A stretch of 64,000 nucleotides of DNA, taken from positions 54,436,001-54,500,000 of the forward strand of contig OX597816.1 in assembly GCA_951406725.2 (NCBI GenBank), given 5' to 3'. Positions within the stretch are counted from its first letter, which is position 1. The number at the start of each line of letters is the position of its first letter. The stretch is from Octopus vulgaris (Eukaryota). Positions 25,589 through 39,304 of this stretch are shown here, piece after piece. Under the pieces are notes generated by a model. The model worked only from the letters and a program-made list of their open reading frames with translations. It made no database searches and was not told the origin of the DNA. The position numbers were made by a program, and so were the translations under genes.

Positions 25589-25641
<53 letters not shown>

Positions 25642-25658
25642 ACACACTAAATGATTGA

Positions 25659-25836
25659 TACGGAAGACGGAGTGTAACAAGAAGCTTTGTTTAGCACTGC
25701 AATCGTTTCGGCCACCTTCTACACTGCTCCTCCCTGGTGGGTGGCGAAAGATGTACTGACGTAGGGAGCAGTGCAGAAAGCGGCCGAAACGATTGCAGTG
25801 CTAAACAAAGCTTCTTGTTGCACTCCGTCTTCCATA
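25659..25836. repeat. Inverted repeat, ~72-bp arms, 34-bp spacer
   Basis: 25659-25730 is the near-perfect reverse complement of 25765-25836. Confidence 0.9.
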
Positions 25837-26041
25837 GAAATTATTTAGTATATTCTCAACGTGCACCTAGGAATTCCTTGCGTAGATCCGACGACGAAAG
25901 TGCAGTACCCCGGATGGCACCTGATAGCCACAAGTGCTAAACGCGCTCTACAGGCACACTACCTGGGATTTATCCTCCCAAAGTTTGAATACTGCTTTCT
26001 AATGTCTTCTACCTAAACCTTAATTTTAATTTCAAATTTAA

Positions 26042-26096
<55 letters not shown>

Positions 26097-26098
<2 letters not shown>

Positions 26099-26457
26099 TA
26101 GCAGTATCGCCCGGCGTTGCTCGGGTTTGTTTCGACCTGCTGGAATTGTAATTTTGAAAAGTAAAAATTTTGTGAACATTTTTCTGGTCGAAATACACCG
26201 AAAAGTGGCGACACAGCAGTGAAAAAATCGTAAAAAATAGGGATTTTCATAGAAAAAAGCATCTTTTTGATGTAAATAATTTTTGGTGTTAACATGGTCC
26301 GATTTGAATTTTATGTTCTACGGAAGGAAGAGCAACCCTTTTTCTATCATACTCTCAATTTTGGTCAACTTGCGCCGCAGGGTCTCGGAGGACATAGTGT
26401 TAGTTGAAGGTTACCAAACGTGGCGCACACAGACGACTTTAGCTTTATATAGAGATA
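26097..26457 (+). mobile_element. Helitron/Helentron-like non-autonomous element
   Basis: Starts ACTAGCAGTATCGCCCGGCGTTGCTCGGG (subterminal hairpin) and ends TTTATATAGAGAT; inserted at (TA)n. Confidence 0.55.
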
Positions 26458-27558
26458 ACACACACACATTAATACACATACATAGACACACACACACATG
26501 TATGTATGGATGTATATATGGGTACTTGTATCTCAGAGTGGTCCCGGTTGCGCACACGCGGATTCGCGCGTGCGAGCCAGACGTATGTACTCGATACTCG
26601 ATCGCCCTTAAATGATTACTTTTTTTTACAGAAACGCGAACGTATATAACGCGCAAAATTATTCCGTAGAATTTATCAAATTAAATAACGCAAAATTAAT
26701 ATATTTTTTGAAATTGCAAATTATTTAGAATATAAACATCTGGCTCCTTTTTCTAGGTGCCTGAGTAACAACCTCGCGGATTTACAGATAAATGAATTAA
26801 TTACTATTTTACAGAATAAAATTAAATAATTCTTGAAAATTAATTAATATTAATATTTTTTGAACAAAGTAAATAATTTTTAAAACTTAAATAATAATTT
26901 TTTTTACACAAACGCGAACGGGGAAAAGGGGGTGGCGAATTCGATTTTTTTATTTTCGTTGAATGAATAGAAAAAATGTATATGTTGTACATACCTAAAT
27001 TTTTTCTTTTTCATGACATTGTAGCAAAATAGTAGTGAATTATATAAATACCAGCAGTACATTTTTTTTCTGGGGTATTTTTTTTCAACTTCGTCACATA
27101 TTTGCCCCTTTCAATTTAAACAAAGTCTTAATTAAGCAATTACGGCAGCTTAGCAATGGTTTCAATACAGGCGTGACATCTGTATCTCAATTGTTCAAAA
27201 CCCTTTCAATTTTTTCGCACGTGATGATATCATAGTGAAAACTTTCAATTACGCGCGCTTAGAAGTACGCTCGCAAATTAATACTACCAAAATTTTGAAG
27301 TTCGCGCTCCGCTTGTGTGTGTGTGTGTGCGTGCTTTAGGTGTACGTAGGTATGTGTTTTTGTGTGTGTGTGTCACTGAAGCCATACATATATATATACA
27401 TACATAACCTCTCTCTCTCTTTTCTCTCTCAGTCACTCACTACAAAAAGTGAATAAAAAAAGTTCAGTTATTTCTGTCTTTCACTCTGTCTGTCTCTTTA
27501 CACACACTAACAAAAGCACTTCACTTACACACCACACTTTCTGTGTCTCACAACCCAT

Positions 27559-27616
<58 letters not shown>

Positions 27617-27649
27617 TGTACATCAATGCTTTCGGAGTGAAATGTTAAA

Positions 27650-28359
27650 ATATTGAGTTGTCTCGAATTTTGTCTTAATTGGGGGTGAAATTGAAAGAAA
27701 TTTGTTATGGCATGACCGAATGGAGTACTTTGAAAAATCTTAGGTAAACTCTAATTGAAGAAATTGTGTGAGGAGTAAATCGTTATGTATTTATTTGTTT
27801 CTGTTTGCTGTGTTTTTTTATTTTTTGAGTAGTGGTTTAAGGTACACTTGCAAAGAGAAAGTGGGAGAAATTATGTTGATAGCATGTGTGATCCGTTTTA
27901 TAGAAATACTTTCAGTTTAGTCTTCCTCAAATCACTCTGTCGCTATTTACTCTCTTCCAAGAACATTTTCACTCACTCTTATCTCTTAGCTTGCCATAAA
28001 TTTTACTCATGTATCTATCAGCGTGATAGACAGAAACAAATATTACATCGCCATCGCATTCTATTGTCTACCTGTCAACACACACACAGTGAATTACTTT
28101 CATTTTATTCGTTGCACACTGTGTGTGTGCGTGTGCGTGTGGTGTAAACCACATTAAGAAAAGCATTTGACATACACACCAGAATGTGAGTTTTCTGTAA
28201 ATTTTGCTTAATTGGAGTTTAAATTTTAAAAACTGGACCTGGCATGACCTGATGCATTCTACTCTTAAAAATGCTAGGTAAATTGTAATTGAAGAAATCC
28301 TATATTGTAGATTTCTATAAGTTACAAAGGGAGGCAGATAAAATCTGCCTTTTATAATA

Positions 28360-28362
<3 letters not shown>
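27650..28362 (+). mobile_element. Helitron/Helentron-like 3' region with diverged internal repeat
   Basis: 27660-27765 resembles 28195-28300; terminal hairpin AGGCAGAT-AAA-ATCTGCCT followed by TTTATAATAAGAT. Confidence 0.5.
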
Positions 28363-28410
<48 letters not shown>

Positions 28411-28413
<3 letters not shown>

Positions 28414-28547
28414 CCTTTCATTCTTTCGGGGTCGATAAATAAAGTACCAGTTTCGCACTGGGGTCGATGTAATCGACTTAATCCCTTTGTCTGTACTTGT
28501 TTGTCCCCTCTATGTTTAGCCCCTTGTGGGCAATAAAGAAAAAAAAA
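28411..28547 (+). mobile_element. SINE family A, 5'-truncated
   Basis: Core plus tail and oligo-A, directly after (TA)n. Confidence 0.88.
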
Positions 28548-28713
28548 TATATGACTGCAGTAATATGCATGCTATGCATTATACAATGCAATTGTGTATT
28601 TACAAATCAATGTAGATGAAGAAAGCCGGCTCATTAAATCACCAGAAAATCGTAGATACATCAATGCTTCAACTCTAAGTAAACTACAAAATTTTCCCTT
28701 TATATATACAATA

Positions 28714-29549
28714 CATGGGGAACCCAAGAGTAACGGGAAACATCCTATGTGGGACAAGCTCGTTGTAGTTCTGCTGCTAGAAGCCACTTGTTGCAACCTT
28801 CAGGCATCGGTCTGCCGACCGGTGTCGTCTGCTAGATTTGTACTGCCACGTGGTTCGTCTTTGCGTTGCAGTGCTTCTCTCCTATTCGTCGATTTTTGCG
28901 ATGGCTGTAACAAAGGAACAGCATGTTTCCGTGAATATCTGCTTTCTGCTACGGAAAACGGTGGCCGAAACAATTGTTATGCTTCAACCAGCTTACAAGG
29001 ACGCTGCCATGGGTAAAATACAAGTTTATACGCTTTAAGAATGGTCACTTGTCTCTTGAAAATCAAAGTCTTTCAGGACGACCGTCACCCTCCCGAACGA
29101 ATGAAAACCTCATGAAAGTTCATGGACCGATCTTGGAGGAACGTCACCGAACAATTGATGAACTTGCTGATACGACTGAAGTGTCCTGGAGCTCCTGCCA
29201 ACGAACTATGAGCGAGGAATTGCGAATGAAAAGAGTTGTAGCAAAATTTCTGTCTCGCTTGCTCAGGGAAGATCAAAAGCCGTCTCGATTGAATGCGTGT
29301 CGTGAACTGAAAGAACAGTTGGAAGTTGATCCGGGTCCTTTTTCGAAGTGCATCACTGGTGACGACGGATGTGTTAAAAGGGATCATATCGCAAGTGTTA
29401 CAGCACTGCTTTGAATCGTGGAAAACGCGCCTGGACCGATCTATTGCTTCAAATAGAGAATACTTTGAAGGCGATAAAAGTGTAAACATGTAAAGCTAAA
29501 TGTATAATTTAATATTGCAAAACTCCGGTTTCTTTTGGGTACCCTCTCG
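28714..29549 (+). mobile_element. Internally deleted mariner transposon
   Basis: Degenerate TIRs (CATGGGGAACCCAAGAG / CTTTTGGGTACCCTCTCG) flanked by TA; transposase remnant RFKNG..SGRP..TIDELA..ITGD. Confidence 0.85.
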
Positions 29550-29952
29550 TATATAGAAGACGGATACTAGAAAAAATTAATATATTATGGTCTTTAAAAA
29601 TAAATATAAATAAATATATTTTGCATCATATCAATTAAACTGCTGGATCTAAGTTTAGGGAATTTAACATCATGTTAACAAAAGACAGGAAAAGATATCA
29701 AAGGAAGTAGAGTAGTTAAATTAAATAAAAAATATTTTGAAAAAGTTTAAAGATGCATATAAAAGAAAAAAACGAAATATAATATAAATGAATTCAATGG
29801 GGAACAGACAGCTGGAAATGTAAAGATTAAACCAAGAGATAGTATTGAACAACAGTAATTTTCAAATAAGGTTAGAAGGTCAAAAGACCTGAAAATACGT
29901 TCTGTCTCAATAAACTGTAGTGAAATCCAAACAATAGTCACAGCCACATGGA

Positions 29953-30290
29953 AGATGCGTGACTCAGTGGTTATAGCGTCGGGTTTACAATCGCGGAGCT
30001 GTGTGTTCGATTCCCGGACCGGTTTGAGTGTTGTATCTTTGAGAAACATACACTTTATTTCACATTGTTCCAGTTCACCTGTCTTTAGAATTGATTTGCG
30101 ACGTCACTGGTGCCAAGCTGTATCGGCCTTTGTCTTTCCCTTGAATAACATCGGTGACGTAGAGAGGAAAGACTATTATGCATAAGTAACTACTGGTCTT
30201 CTACGAGCAACCTTGGCCAGACTTGTGCCTTGGAAGGGAACTTTCTAAGTGCAATCCCATGGTCTTTCATGACCGAATGGGATCTTTACA
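29953..30290 (+). mobile_element. tRNA-derived SINE, third family
   Basis: A box TGACTCAGTGG and B box GTGTTCGATTCCC, followed by a SINE-like body. Confidence 0.65.
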
Positions 30291-30961
30291 TACAAACACA
30301 TGTATAATAAGCATTAGCATACTATACAATATACAAAGCAAATCCACTGGGAAGCTCATGATGATTTCCTCTTTTCCACAGCAAGGGCATCATCTACATG
30401 TTCTGGGTTCCCTCTGGCCAGAAAGTCAATAAAGGGTACTTATATGTATATATAGCATAGGGGAGCGTATAGGTGAACTCTGGCGAGACCTCCAAGATGG
30501 GATAGGCTCGTCAGCGCTCTAACAACATGCTCAAGCAGAACATGGAGGCTCGATTAGTAGCATAGAGGTTAAGGTATTATCGACGCATAGAACTGACACG
30601 ACACAGACAGATCACAGTGGCTACACACACAGCAATAGACAGACTGAGACTCAATAGAAAACATGAACGGAACAATAACAGCTACCACCACACCACACGA
30701 CATGACTAAAGACAGAAGGGAGGAGAAAAGAGATAGAGAAAAATAATAAAAAATTAAATACAGATACAAACAGGGTAATAAACACATAATAGACATATAT
30801 TCACATATTCGTAATAAAAAAAAGAGATGGAGATAGATAAAATAAATAAATATATTTGGCACATAGATAAAAAATAAATAAATAGATATATTTGACATAG
30901 ATAAAAATAAATATTAAATTTCTAAATATCTCATAGAGATATGTACGGTGGTGGGGCGATA

Positions 30962-31287
30962 GAGTGGTTGTATACTGTCAACTCAACGTGACAGTAAGGG
31001 AATTACACCACCGCTGTTTAGCCCATCGACGCTTCCTGTCGGCCTCGACACATTTCCTGTGTCCTTATATATTTACGAAGGGGAGACAAATACCCCCAAC
31101 AGCTAGGCCTGCATCTAGAGACACCCATGTTTCAGGGTCTTTGCCCATCATCTGTCTCCCCTTCGTAAATATATAAGGACACACGAAATGCGTCGAGGCC
31201 GACAGGAAGCGTCGATGCTTCCTAGGGCTAAACAGCGGTGGTGTAATTCCTTTACTGTCACGTTGAGTTGACAGCATACAACCACTC
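30962..31287. repeat. Inverted repeat element, ~130-bp arms, TA-flanked
   Basis: 30962-31088 vs 31153-31287; the ORF track shows mirrored peptides on the two strands. Confidence 0.9.
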
Positions 31288-32849
31288 TAAAAATAAATAA
31301 ATCTATATAAAGAGCATGGATACAAGCAACAAAAGAGGCGAACCCATATACACACACAAACACACACAATAACTCCACAGACGGCTGCAACAGTATCAAC
31401 AACATGACTAACAACGACAGCAGCAGTGGTGGTGACAACGATGATATTAATAACAGAAACTACCACGATGGCAGCACCGGAGGCGTACACACAAACAGAG
31501 GGAAACAGGGACTGTACAAAATGTTCGGGTCCTAGGACAGCAGCAGCGACAACGGGTGCAGAGGATGGGTCCGAGGGGAAGGTCATACTGCTACTAAAAA
31601 CAATTACACACACACAAGCCTACACACAGACACACATATACGCACATGCACACTCACACACGCACACACACAAATTACTGACGTAAACACACATACACAC
31701 ACGCATATACATATATGTATATTACGATATATAAAATCACAATAATATATATATACACACAGACCCAGACGAATATACATTCATATACATGTGCACACGC
31801 ATATAACTTTCAACAGTAATTAGTAGTTCAATAGAATAGGTCACGCGCGAATGCATTCGCAGTTTCTTAACCGAGGTTTGATAAACCGCTTCTGTATCAC
31901 ACGAAACCAGTGGTAGGAGATTAGTAATTTGCATTGAAAAATTTGTCGTTCTATGCTGTACTGGGAGATCATTCTTCCAATTCATACACACGCATACAAA
32001 CACACGCACACACACACACAAACATACACACACACAAACATACACACACACATACACACAAACACATACAGACTAGCACGCACACGCACACTAGCACATG
32101 CACGCACACACACCAATTCTTCTGAAATGCAGAGATTATATTCTAATATAAAATTTTCTTAAGTTATAAAAAGTCCTAATTATATTGATTCCTCGTGTTG
32201 CAGATCCATGATTCTTCTGCAGAATGCTAACCGAAACATCAAGGAACGGAAACCTTTGAACTTTATTTTTGATACTCAACATAATCATCTTATCTTGGTA
32301 TCAACCAAGCGACGGGAATCTTGAATGGAAATATCTATGGAGGATATTTAGATGTGGCTAAATGAATGTATAATTTATGATGAAGTCATCTGTGTTGTAG
32401 TTCAACGCAGTCCTATTGGAATATTAATTACTAATTAAGTCTTTGTTAATAACCTTTTATTCCGTTTATGAATAATAACATTTTCTATCCAGTAGAACAC
32501 TACTTCAACTTCATAGCATTGCTCATTTGACCATGATTTAGGAACGAAAATGTTATTGTGCTTCCTGTATATTCCTTCAGCCTCTAATAAACCTCTAGAT
32601 CCTGTTGGTGCTACAAGATGTAACATGGTTAAAGAAGAACCATGAGGCGAGAGGGGCAGCATGTCTAAATGCACATCATATGTCTAGAGGGAACACACCA
32701 CTTCTAGCTCCCAACCTTCTCGCCTTTAGGAAATATAAGAATAATACAAGTAATTAACAGCTTAATCTTATGTGTGTGTTTGTGTATGAATGCATGCGTG
32801 TATATATATGCATACGTGCAGATTTGTATATTTCCACATCTGTGCACAG

Positions 32850-33640
32850 TTTTTTTTCTCTATCTCGAGTCATCATATCAGGTCTATTGCATTTCATTTT
32901 ATTGAGCTTTTCAGTGGGACGTTCTACAGTGCGCCTTTTTATTATGAGTGGCTCTGGCTTCCACCATATTGTAGATTCTTATTTCTTTGTCCTCAGGGCT
33001 ATCCTTTCGACGGATCTCGTTTTAAAGTGTCCTAGCTACAACATCATGTCTCATCGGTGGATAATACCGTGATGACACTTTCGGACAACTGCTTATGATA
33101 TGGGCGATATCTTCAGTGTTAACCCCACAAAGTTTGCATCAGTTGTCGCGTTTTACTGCATTTTCTGCAACTCTGTCACTTTTGTGCGTTAGGTATTTGG
33201 TTGATTTTTCCTGTTCCTCGATTGCAAACGCATACCCTTCAAATTCGAAGGTAGTAATCAGGTTGTTGGCCCATGACAGACTGCTTTGATGATCAATGTT
33301 ACTATCATTCCGGAGCTTTCTACTAACATATCCATGCATGGTCTTCTGCTGATATATGCACATCTTTTCATCTAATGACACATTGCGGTAGAGTCTTGCG
33401 ACTTCTATAGATATGTGTTTAAAGTTATCAGACAAGGAAATTTGCTCAAGAAGCTGCTTTCCAACTCTTATGATGTTATCAGCCTCATGTATGCAAACTT
33501 GGTGAAGGGGTGCCCTTCGATACTTGGTAGTTAAAAGATGTTAGCAACGGGATATGATACGACATTCAAAGGCATTTTGGATCGATGTTAAGCCTATGAC
33601 GCCTTGTTTTCGTTACAGGTTAAGACGGTCTACGTTACTG
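32850..33640 (-). mobile_element. RLE-type (R4-like) LINE fragment, (CATA)n-associated family
   Basis: HQSSLSW..FEGYAFAIEEQE.STKYL..CKLCG..EDIAHIISSCP zinc finger; homologous to 42510-43725. Confidence 0.8.
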
Positions 33641-34418
33641 TACGTATGTATGTATGTATGTATGTATGTATGTATGTATGTATGTATGTATGTATGTATG
33701 TATGTATGTATGTATGTATGTATGTATGTATGTATGTACATATGCAAGTATGTATATACATATATATCAATATATATTACATATTATATATATACATATA
33801 TATATCAAAATATATTACATCATATATATATACATATATCAATATATATTACACATACACACATATCAATATATATATTGAATATCGTATATATTTATAT
33901 TGTATATATATATTATACATATATATATAATATATACATAGACAAATACACACACACACACACACATATATACACATATGTGAACTTACATAAACATATA
34001 TAATTTTAATATACACTTTAAGGCACAATCGGTGTGTATTAGAAAATCTAAGATGAGTTTCATTGATTTAGTTGACTGTTTATATTACCTACACTGTGTA
34101 AAGTAAAACAGATATAAATACATAAAGAGATTTGTTGGGTAAACTGTAGTGGACACATACCCCTTGACTCTTCAGCATTCAAAGAGAACTTATTAAGAAT
34201 CTCTATTTAAATAATACCTAATGTTGTTGGAAAGACACATTTGTAATCATGTGTTATTCAGCGGCTTGATTTTATAAATGTGTTTAGGCACAAACATATA
34301 TAAGAAAATCTAAGCTACAGTTTGTAAAGCCTAACTATCTCTCTGTCTCTCTCTCTCTTTCTCTCTCTCTGTCTGTGTACATTTATCTCTCTCTATCTCT
34401 CTTTATCTATCGAGGAAA

Positions 34419-34837
34419 GAAGAAAAAAAGACGATCAATAGGGATCGTGTATCACAGAAATGTCATGATGTAAAGTGTAAAGGGGGAAGAAGATAAGGTT
34501 TATCCGTGGAAAGAAAGCCTACGGAAAAGACCACGGTAACCTCGGTCAACAAATGTGGTAACATGTAACATTATTGACCGAGGTTACCGTGGTATTTTCC
34601 GTAGGCTTTTCTTTCCACGGATAAACCTTATCTGCTTCCCCCTTTACACTTTACATCATACCATTTCTGTGATACACGATCTCTATTGATCTTTTTTCTT
34701 TACCTTTTTTTCCTTCTTTACCTTTTACTATCCCTTTTGATCGAAAACCTACCCCATTTTTTTTCTCCCCAAAAAGAAAAGCTCTACTTTGTAATCTGTC
34801 CCCTCTGTGTGTAGCCCTGTGTGGTTAATAAAGAAAC
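34419..34837 (+). mobile_element. Bipartite non-autonomous derivative of the Tx1-like LINE with inverted 5' duplication
   Basis: 34559-34669 matches LINE 5' end 59841-59951; 34790-34836 matches the SINE-A-type tail; 34419-34549 is an inverted copy of 34574-34700. Confidence 0.8.
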
Positions 34838-35503
34838 ATATCTGTCTGTCTGTCTGTCTGTCTATCGGTTAATCTGTTTGTCAATGAATAACCGAAAGTG
34901 TAAAGAACTTAAGCGATTTCGTAGAATTTTTATAGAAGCAAAAATCCTTAACTAGAAATATTACCATTTCGGTCCTTATGTATGTCTGTTTCATTGAGCT
35001 TTTATGTAGGTCTTTGAAAGCCATAAATGCCATGTTTCTTGTAATAGACTAGAGAGGAAAAGGAAAGAGATCCATACATTATCAGGACCCTTTAATAATG
35101 GAGCATGTCCTTTTATTAATACCGTTAAGAGCAGCTTTACTAATTATCGCAGCTCAACGGCGGCAATGACATTAGTCAAAACAGCTCATACATTCGACGC
35201 ATTCCAGTATTAACAGTTCACAAAGCTTTTACCTATGCAATGGTGCAAGAACTTGCAGTTAGTGATGCAGAAACATACAGTTAGTAGCTGCCAAAACAAG
35301 TAGGTTTTACTGTCTTACAGCGCATTCGGTAATCGTTATTACAAAAAGAAAAAAAAACTGGATCTTTTCTACAAATGTGAAGCAGAGATCAGTCCATGAA
35401 CATTGGCATCAATAGGAAAGAACAATATTCTACTTTGAGGACCTGTTTTCGTTACTTCCCAGCTCTCTTTTACCGAAAACACGAGTTAGCTCTATCTTCA
35501 CAT

Positions 35504-35556
<53 letters not shown>

Positions 35557-35559
<3 letters not shown>

Positions 35560-35894
35560 AGATAAGGGCAGAAGAAAAATTCTAATGCCAGATACGCCGA
35601 AAACAAAAAATTGTCGATAAGCATTAAATTTATGCATCTCGAAACAAACCGATAGAAATCTCTAAAAAATTCGTTATTACCGTATTGGTCTAATTTCGGG
35701 GTTAATTCACAAGAAATTTTCCTCTCTTCAGCGGCACATACGCGAGATATAAATGAAATACTTATTCATACCCACGGAAGAAGCAAGCACCAAGTCCCGA
35801 GCAGACTTAAGTACCCCAAATATATCCAAAATAGAAAAATCTTCGGCGCACCTCGAGACACGTGTGATTCGAACTAGAAACTTTCACAGAGTGA
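35557..35894 (-). mobile_element. ~340-bp hammerhead-containing element, copy 2
   Basis: Matches 24307-24650 end to end. Confidence 0.85.
35678..35736 (-). ncRNA. Type I hammerhead ribozyme motif
   Basis: tgccg CTGAAGA gagg..cccc GAAA ttagaccaa TA cggta; one stem II mismatch. Confidence 0.7.
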
Positions 35895-35907
35895 TAGAAT
35901 CCGGAAG

Positions 35908-35944
<37 letters not shown>

Positions 35945-35954
35945 AATAATAATA

Positions 35955-36015
<61 letters not shown>

Positions 36016-36029
36016 TAATAATAATAAAT

Positions 36030-36208
36030 TCTAACTGGGCCCCACGTGCAAGGTCATGCGCTGTTTATCTTGATATGAGATCCCGCACATATGGTTGTGA
36101 TTCATGTGCCTAGTGCACCCCTATCAGACGGGTAGTCATGATGGGTATACTAGGCTTCGTATATTTTACCCCAGTGTCACTTTGATTGCATGCACTGCTC
36201 TCTCACTC
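36030..36208 (+). mobile_element. Second, shorter copy of the (TAA)n-embedded repeat
   Basis: Matches 4762-4950. Confidence 0.8.
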
Positions 36209-36272
<64 letters not shown>

Positions 36273-36282
36273 GTAATAATAA

Positions 36283-37030
36283 AGGTGAAATCAGTAGCAA
36301 TGCAAAATGCAATAGGTGGAAACAAAAACCTCTGCATGGTAAATATGTAACCCGTAGCAAACAAGCTGATGTAGAACAGAAGCAAACCCATCTGTGGCTA
36401 CGGAGCTCAGGGCTAAAGGCTGAGAGTGAAGGCTTTATCTTGACTGCCCAAGATCAGAAATTATTGACTCGGTACTATCAAGCCAATCTGATGAAAAATG
36501 GTGTAGACCCAAAGTGCCAATGCTGCGACGATGGGAAAGAAACAGTCGACCATCTAATTTCTGGGTGTAAGGTTTTAGCGTCGGTATAATACAAATCAAG
36601 ACACGACAGATTTGGCCAATATCTACATTGGATAATGTGACGGCATTATAAAGTCGAAACTGCTGACAAATGGTACAAGCACCACCCTGAAGCTGTAACT
36701 GAGGGAGAAAATGTAACTATTTTTTGAGAGTTCCCAGTATGTACAGACAGGACCATCAAAGCAAATAAACCAGATATTGTTGTGAAAGACGAAAACCATG
36801 ATATCTCGGCAAAGAATTTGATAAGTTCAGAAAATATAAAGATTTGCTAATCGAAATCGAAAAGATATGGCATCTCAAGATGGTTACAATACCAATGATT
36901 GTAGGAGTACTTGGAATGATCAGAAAAGGAACTGAAAGTCATTTTAAGAATTATCCCTGGCTTACCGTCCATGCAGGATGTGCAGAAGTTTGTATTAACT
37001 GGTACATCACACGTTCTGAGTAAGTTACCT
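36283..37030 (+). mobile_element. R4/Dong-like LINE 3' fragment
   Basis: WKQKPLHGKY..WLRSSGLKAESEGFILTAQDQ..CQCC..ETVDHLISGC, KPDIVV, IPMIVGVLG; follows (TAA)n. Confidence 0.85.
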
Positions 37031-37483
37031 TTACTAATTAACCTTTTGTGTTTTTACTTATTTCTTCAATGTCTACTGAGGCCATCTGAAGTTTAAATAC
37101 CAAACTGCCTTTTCTTAACATATTATCCATCAACTCAGCTTTCTATTTTTATACCTTCTCTGTCATAGAATTTAGTTCTCTGTATTGATGCTAATATTTT
37201 AGTTCTTGCTAGATATTTACAAGAGAGGTGGCCTTGAAAAAATTGTCTTAGTGTAAATTTTGGATACATCCGATATAATAACCGATTCAATATCGATCGA
37301 TTTGCATATTGTGTCATTGAGTTATTATTCCACTTATGCTTACGTAATAGAAATATCTGAATGTCTGTTGACTTTATGGAATTCATTGTCCACTTTGTTG
37401 TGCCAGTAACTTTAAGCCCAGAGATTTGCAGAATGAACTCCCCACAAGACCTCAACAGCCCACTTTTACTGTCCCGCGCGTAA

Positions 37484-37533
<50 letters not shown>

Positions 37534-37757
37534 CTGTATGTATATATGTGTGTGTGTGTGTATTTACGCACGCGCGCACACACACACACAGATATACACA
37601 CGATTTAGATATGAACGCTACGGTTGCATCGTATGGAGAAAATATTGCTATTATGATATCAAATATGGCGTCGATAACGAAGTTAGGTAACAGCATATCA
37701 CTTTCTGTTGATCATGGTTGTGGTGGCCGTTGGCAATGGTGTTGGCGGTGGTGGAAG

Positions 37758-37798
<41 letters not shown>

Positions 37799-39304
37799 CT
37801 GAGGATGATGGCGATGATGATGGTCATTATGATGTAGTGGAAGGTAAGGAATGACGAGGTAATGAGAAAGAGAGAGAGAGAGAGGAGGGGAGAGAGGGGG
37901 TGATGGAGTTCATCTTTGTAATCCACAAGAGACCTGCTTTTGGTCGATAAAGATCTGGCAATTTTGGTAATTTGAGACATTCTTAATGGTGGCCTTATGA
38001 ATCTATCATCGATTGTTTCCAGAGAAATACCAACGGAGTAGAAGGCTGGCAACACGCCCAATATTTTTGCGCCTTTTTGAATTCTTTTTTTTTTTTATCG
38101 CGGAAGTTTGATCTTTAATCCGGATCCATGCATCAAGATAGGAAAACATGGCCGAACATGACCGAACATTTACTTAGAAACACATACACACACACTCATG
38201 CAAACGTGTACACACTCACGCACTCATGCACACTGTCTTTCACACACACACACACAGTCATACATATTCTCATACACACACATATACTTACACACATCCA
38301 CGCACATGTACTCACACACATACAATCACACATGCACTGACACACTTTCACACACACTCTCACACATATATGCTCACATATAAACTTACATTCACACACA
38401 CACACACATCCAATCACATCCACTCACCCACACTCTCAATCGCACACATACTCACACACACACACGCGCGCACACACACGCGCGCACACACACATATTGA
38501 CCTATACATATAAACAAACTTGTTTCTTTGACAATGTAAAAGAGATTCACCCCCACCCCACTATCCAGAGATTTGTTGAGAAAAAGATTCGCTATTGACA
38601 GAATTATTTCTAATTCTGTTTCAGAAGAAACCTCCAGGAGAAATTGTTTTCCATATTCTTTGGCGAAAATCCTCCAAGATACAGTTTTTCTTCTTCTAGC
38701 AGCAATAATATGTGTAGACGTTTATAGATTTTATATAGAACATGGTTGATTCTATCGTGTTGTTGCAAGTAGCATGGAGGAATGTAATCTTATCTTAAGG
38801 AAACTTACAACTACCATTTATGAACAAGAAAAAAACAAAAAAAAATTAATGTTGCTGCGAGTCGACAAAATATAGTTTCTAACATTGGTAAACTATTGAA
38901 TTGGGAAGCGATGCGAGTAGTTGACAGTAGGGTTGGTCATCTGTTGCAATGGAACGTCTGACCTCACTGAACATGCGCCTCTTAACTTAGTGAAATCATA
39001 CTTCGAAAGCATAAAAGAATACTCCCAATCTCTGTTTGGTGTATTCATATACTAGGTGAATTAGTGTCGTTCATACCATTTCAATAAATAAGCCAGTGTA
39101 ATAAGGTTATGCCAGCCGTAGAAGTGGAGTGGCACAAATGGGTTATAAGTCACAAAGTAGCTGCTTTGTGACTCATAATAAAAATAATGAAAGAATTCAG
39201 TTGTGAGGGATTAGATATAGGGCGATCAAAGTTTGGGATTGAGTTATCGAGTTCTTTCTGTTGACAATGCGACACTAAACGAAGCTGTGGTATATATATA
39301 TGCA

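Noticed and set aside
30463-30519. Minus-strand gagcg CTGACGA ... TA cgctc
   Set aside because: Stem I and the 5' core are present but there is no GAAA or stem III; not callable as a hammerhead.
37920-38070. MULE-like TNGVEGW motif
   Set aside because: Single short motif with no supporting frame or TIRs.
37135-39290. Host exons in the non-repetitive-looking stretches
   Set aside because: No recognisable protein similarity or consistent splice-bounded frame; small exons cannot be excluded without RNA-seq.
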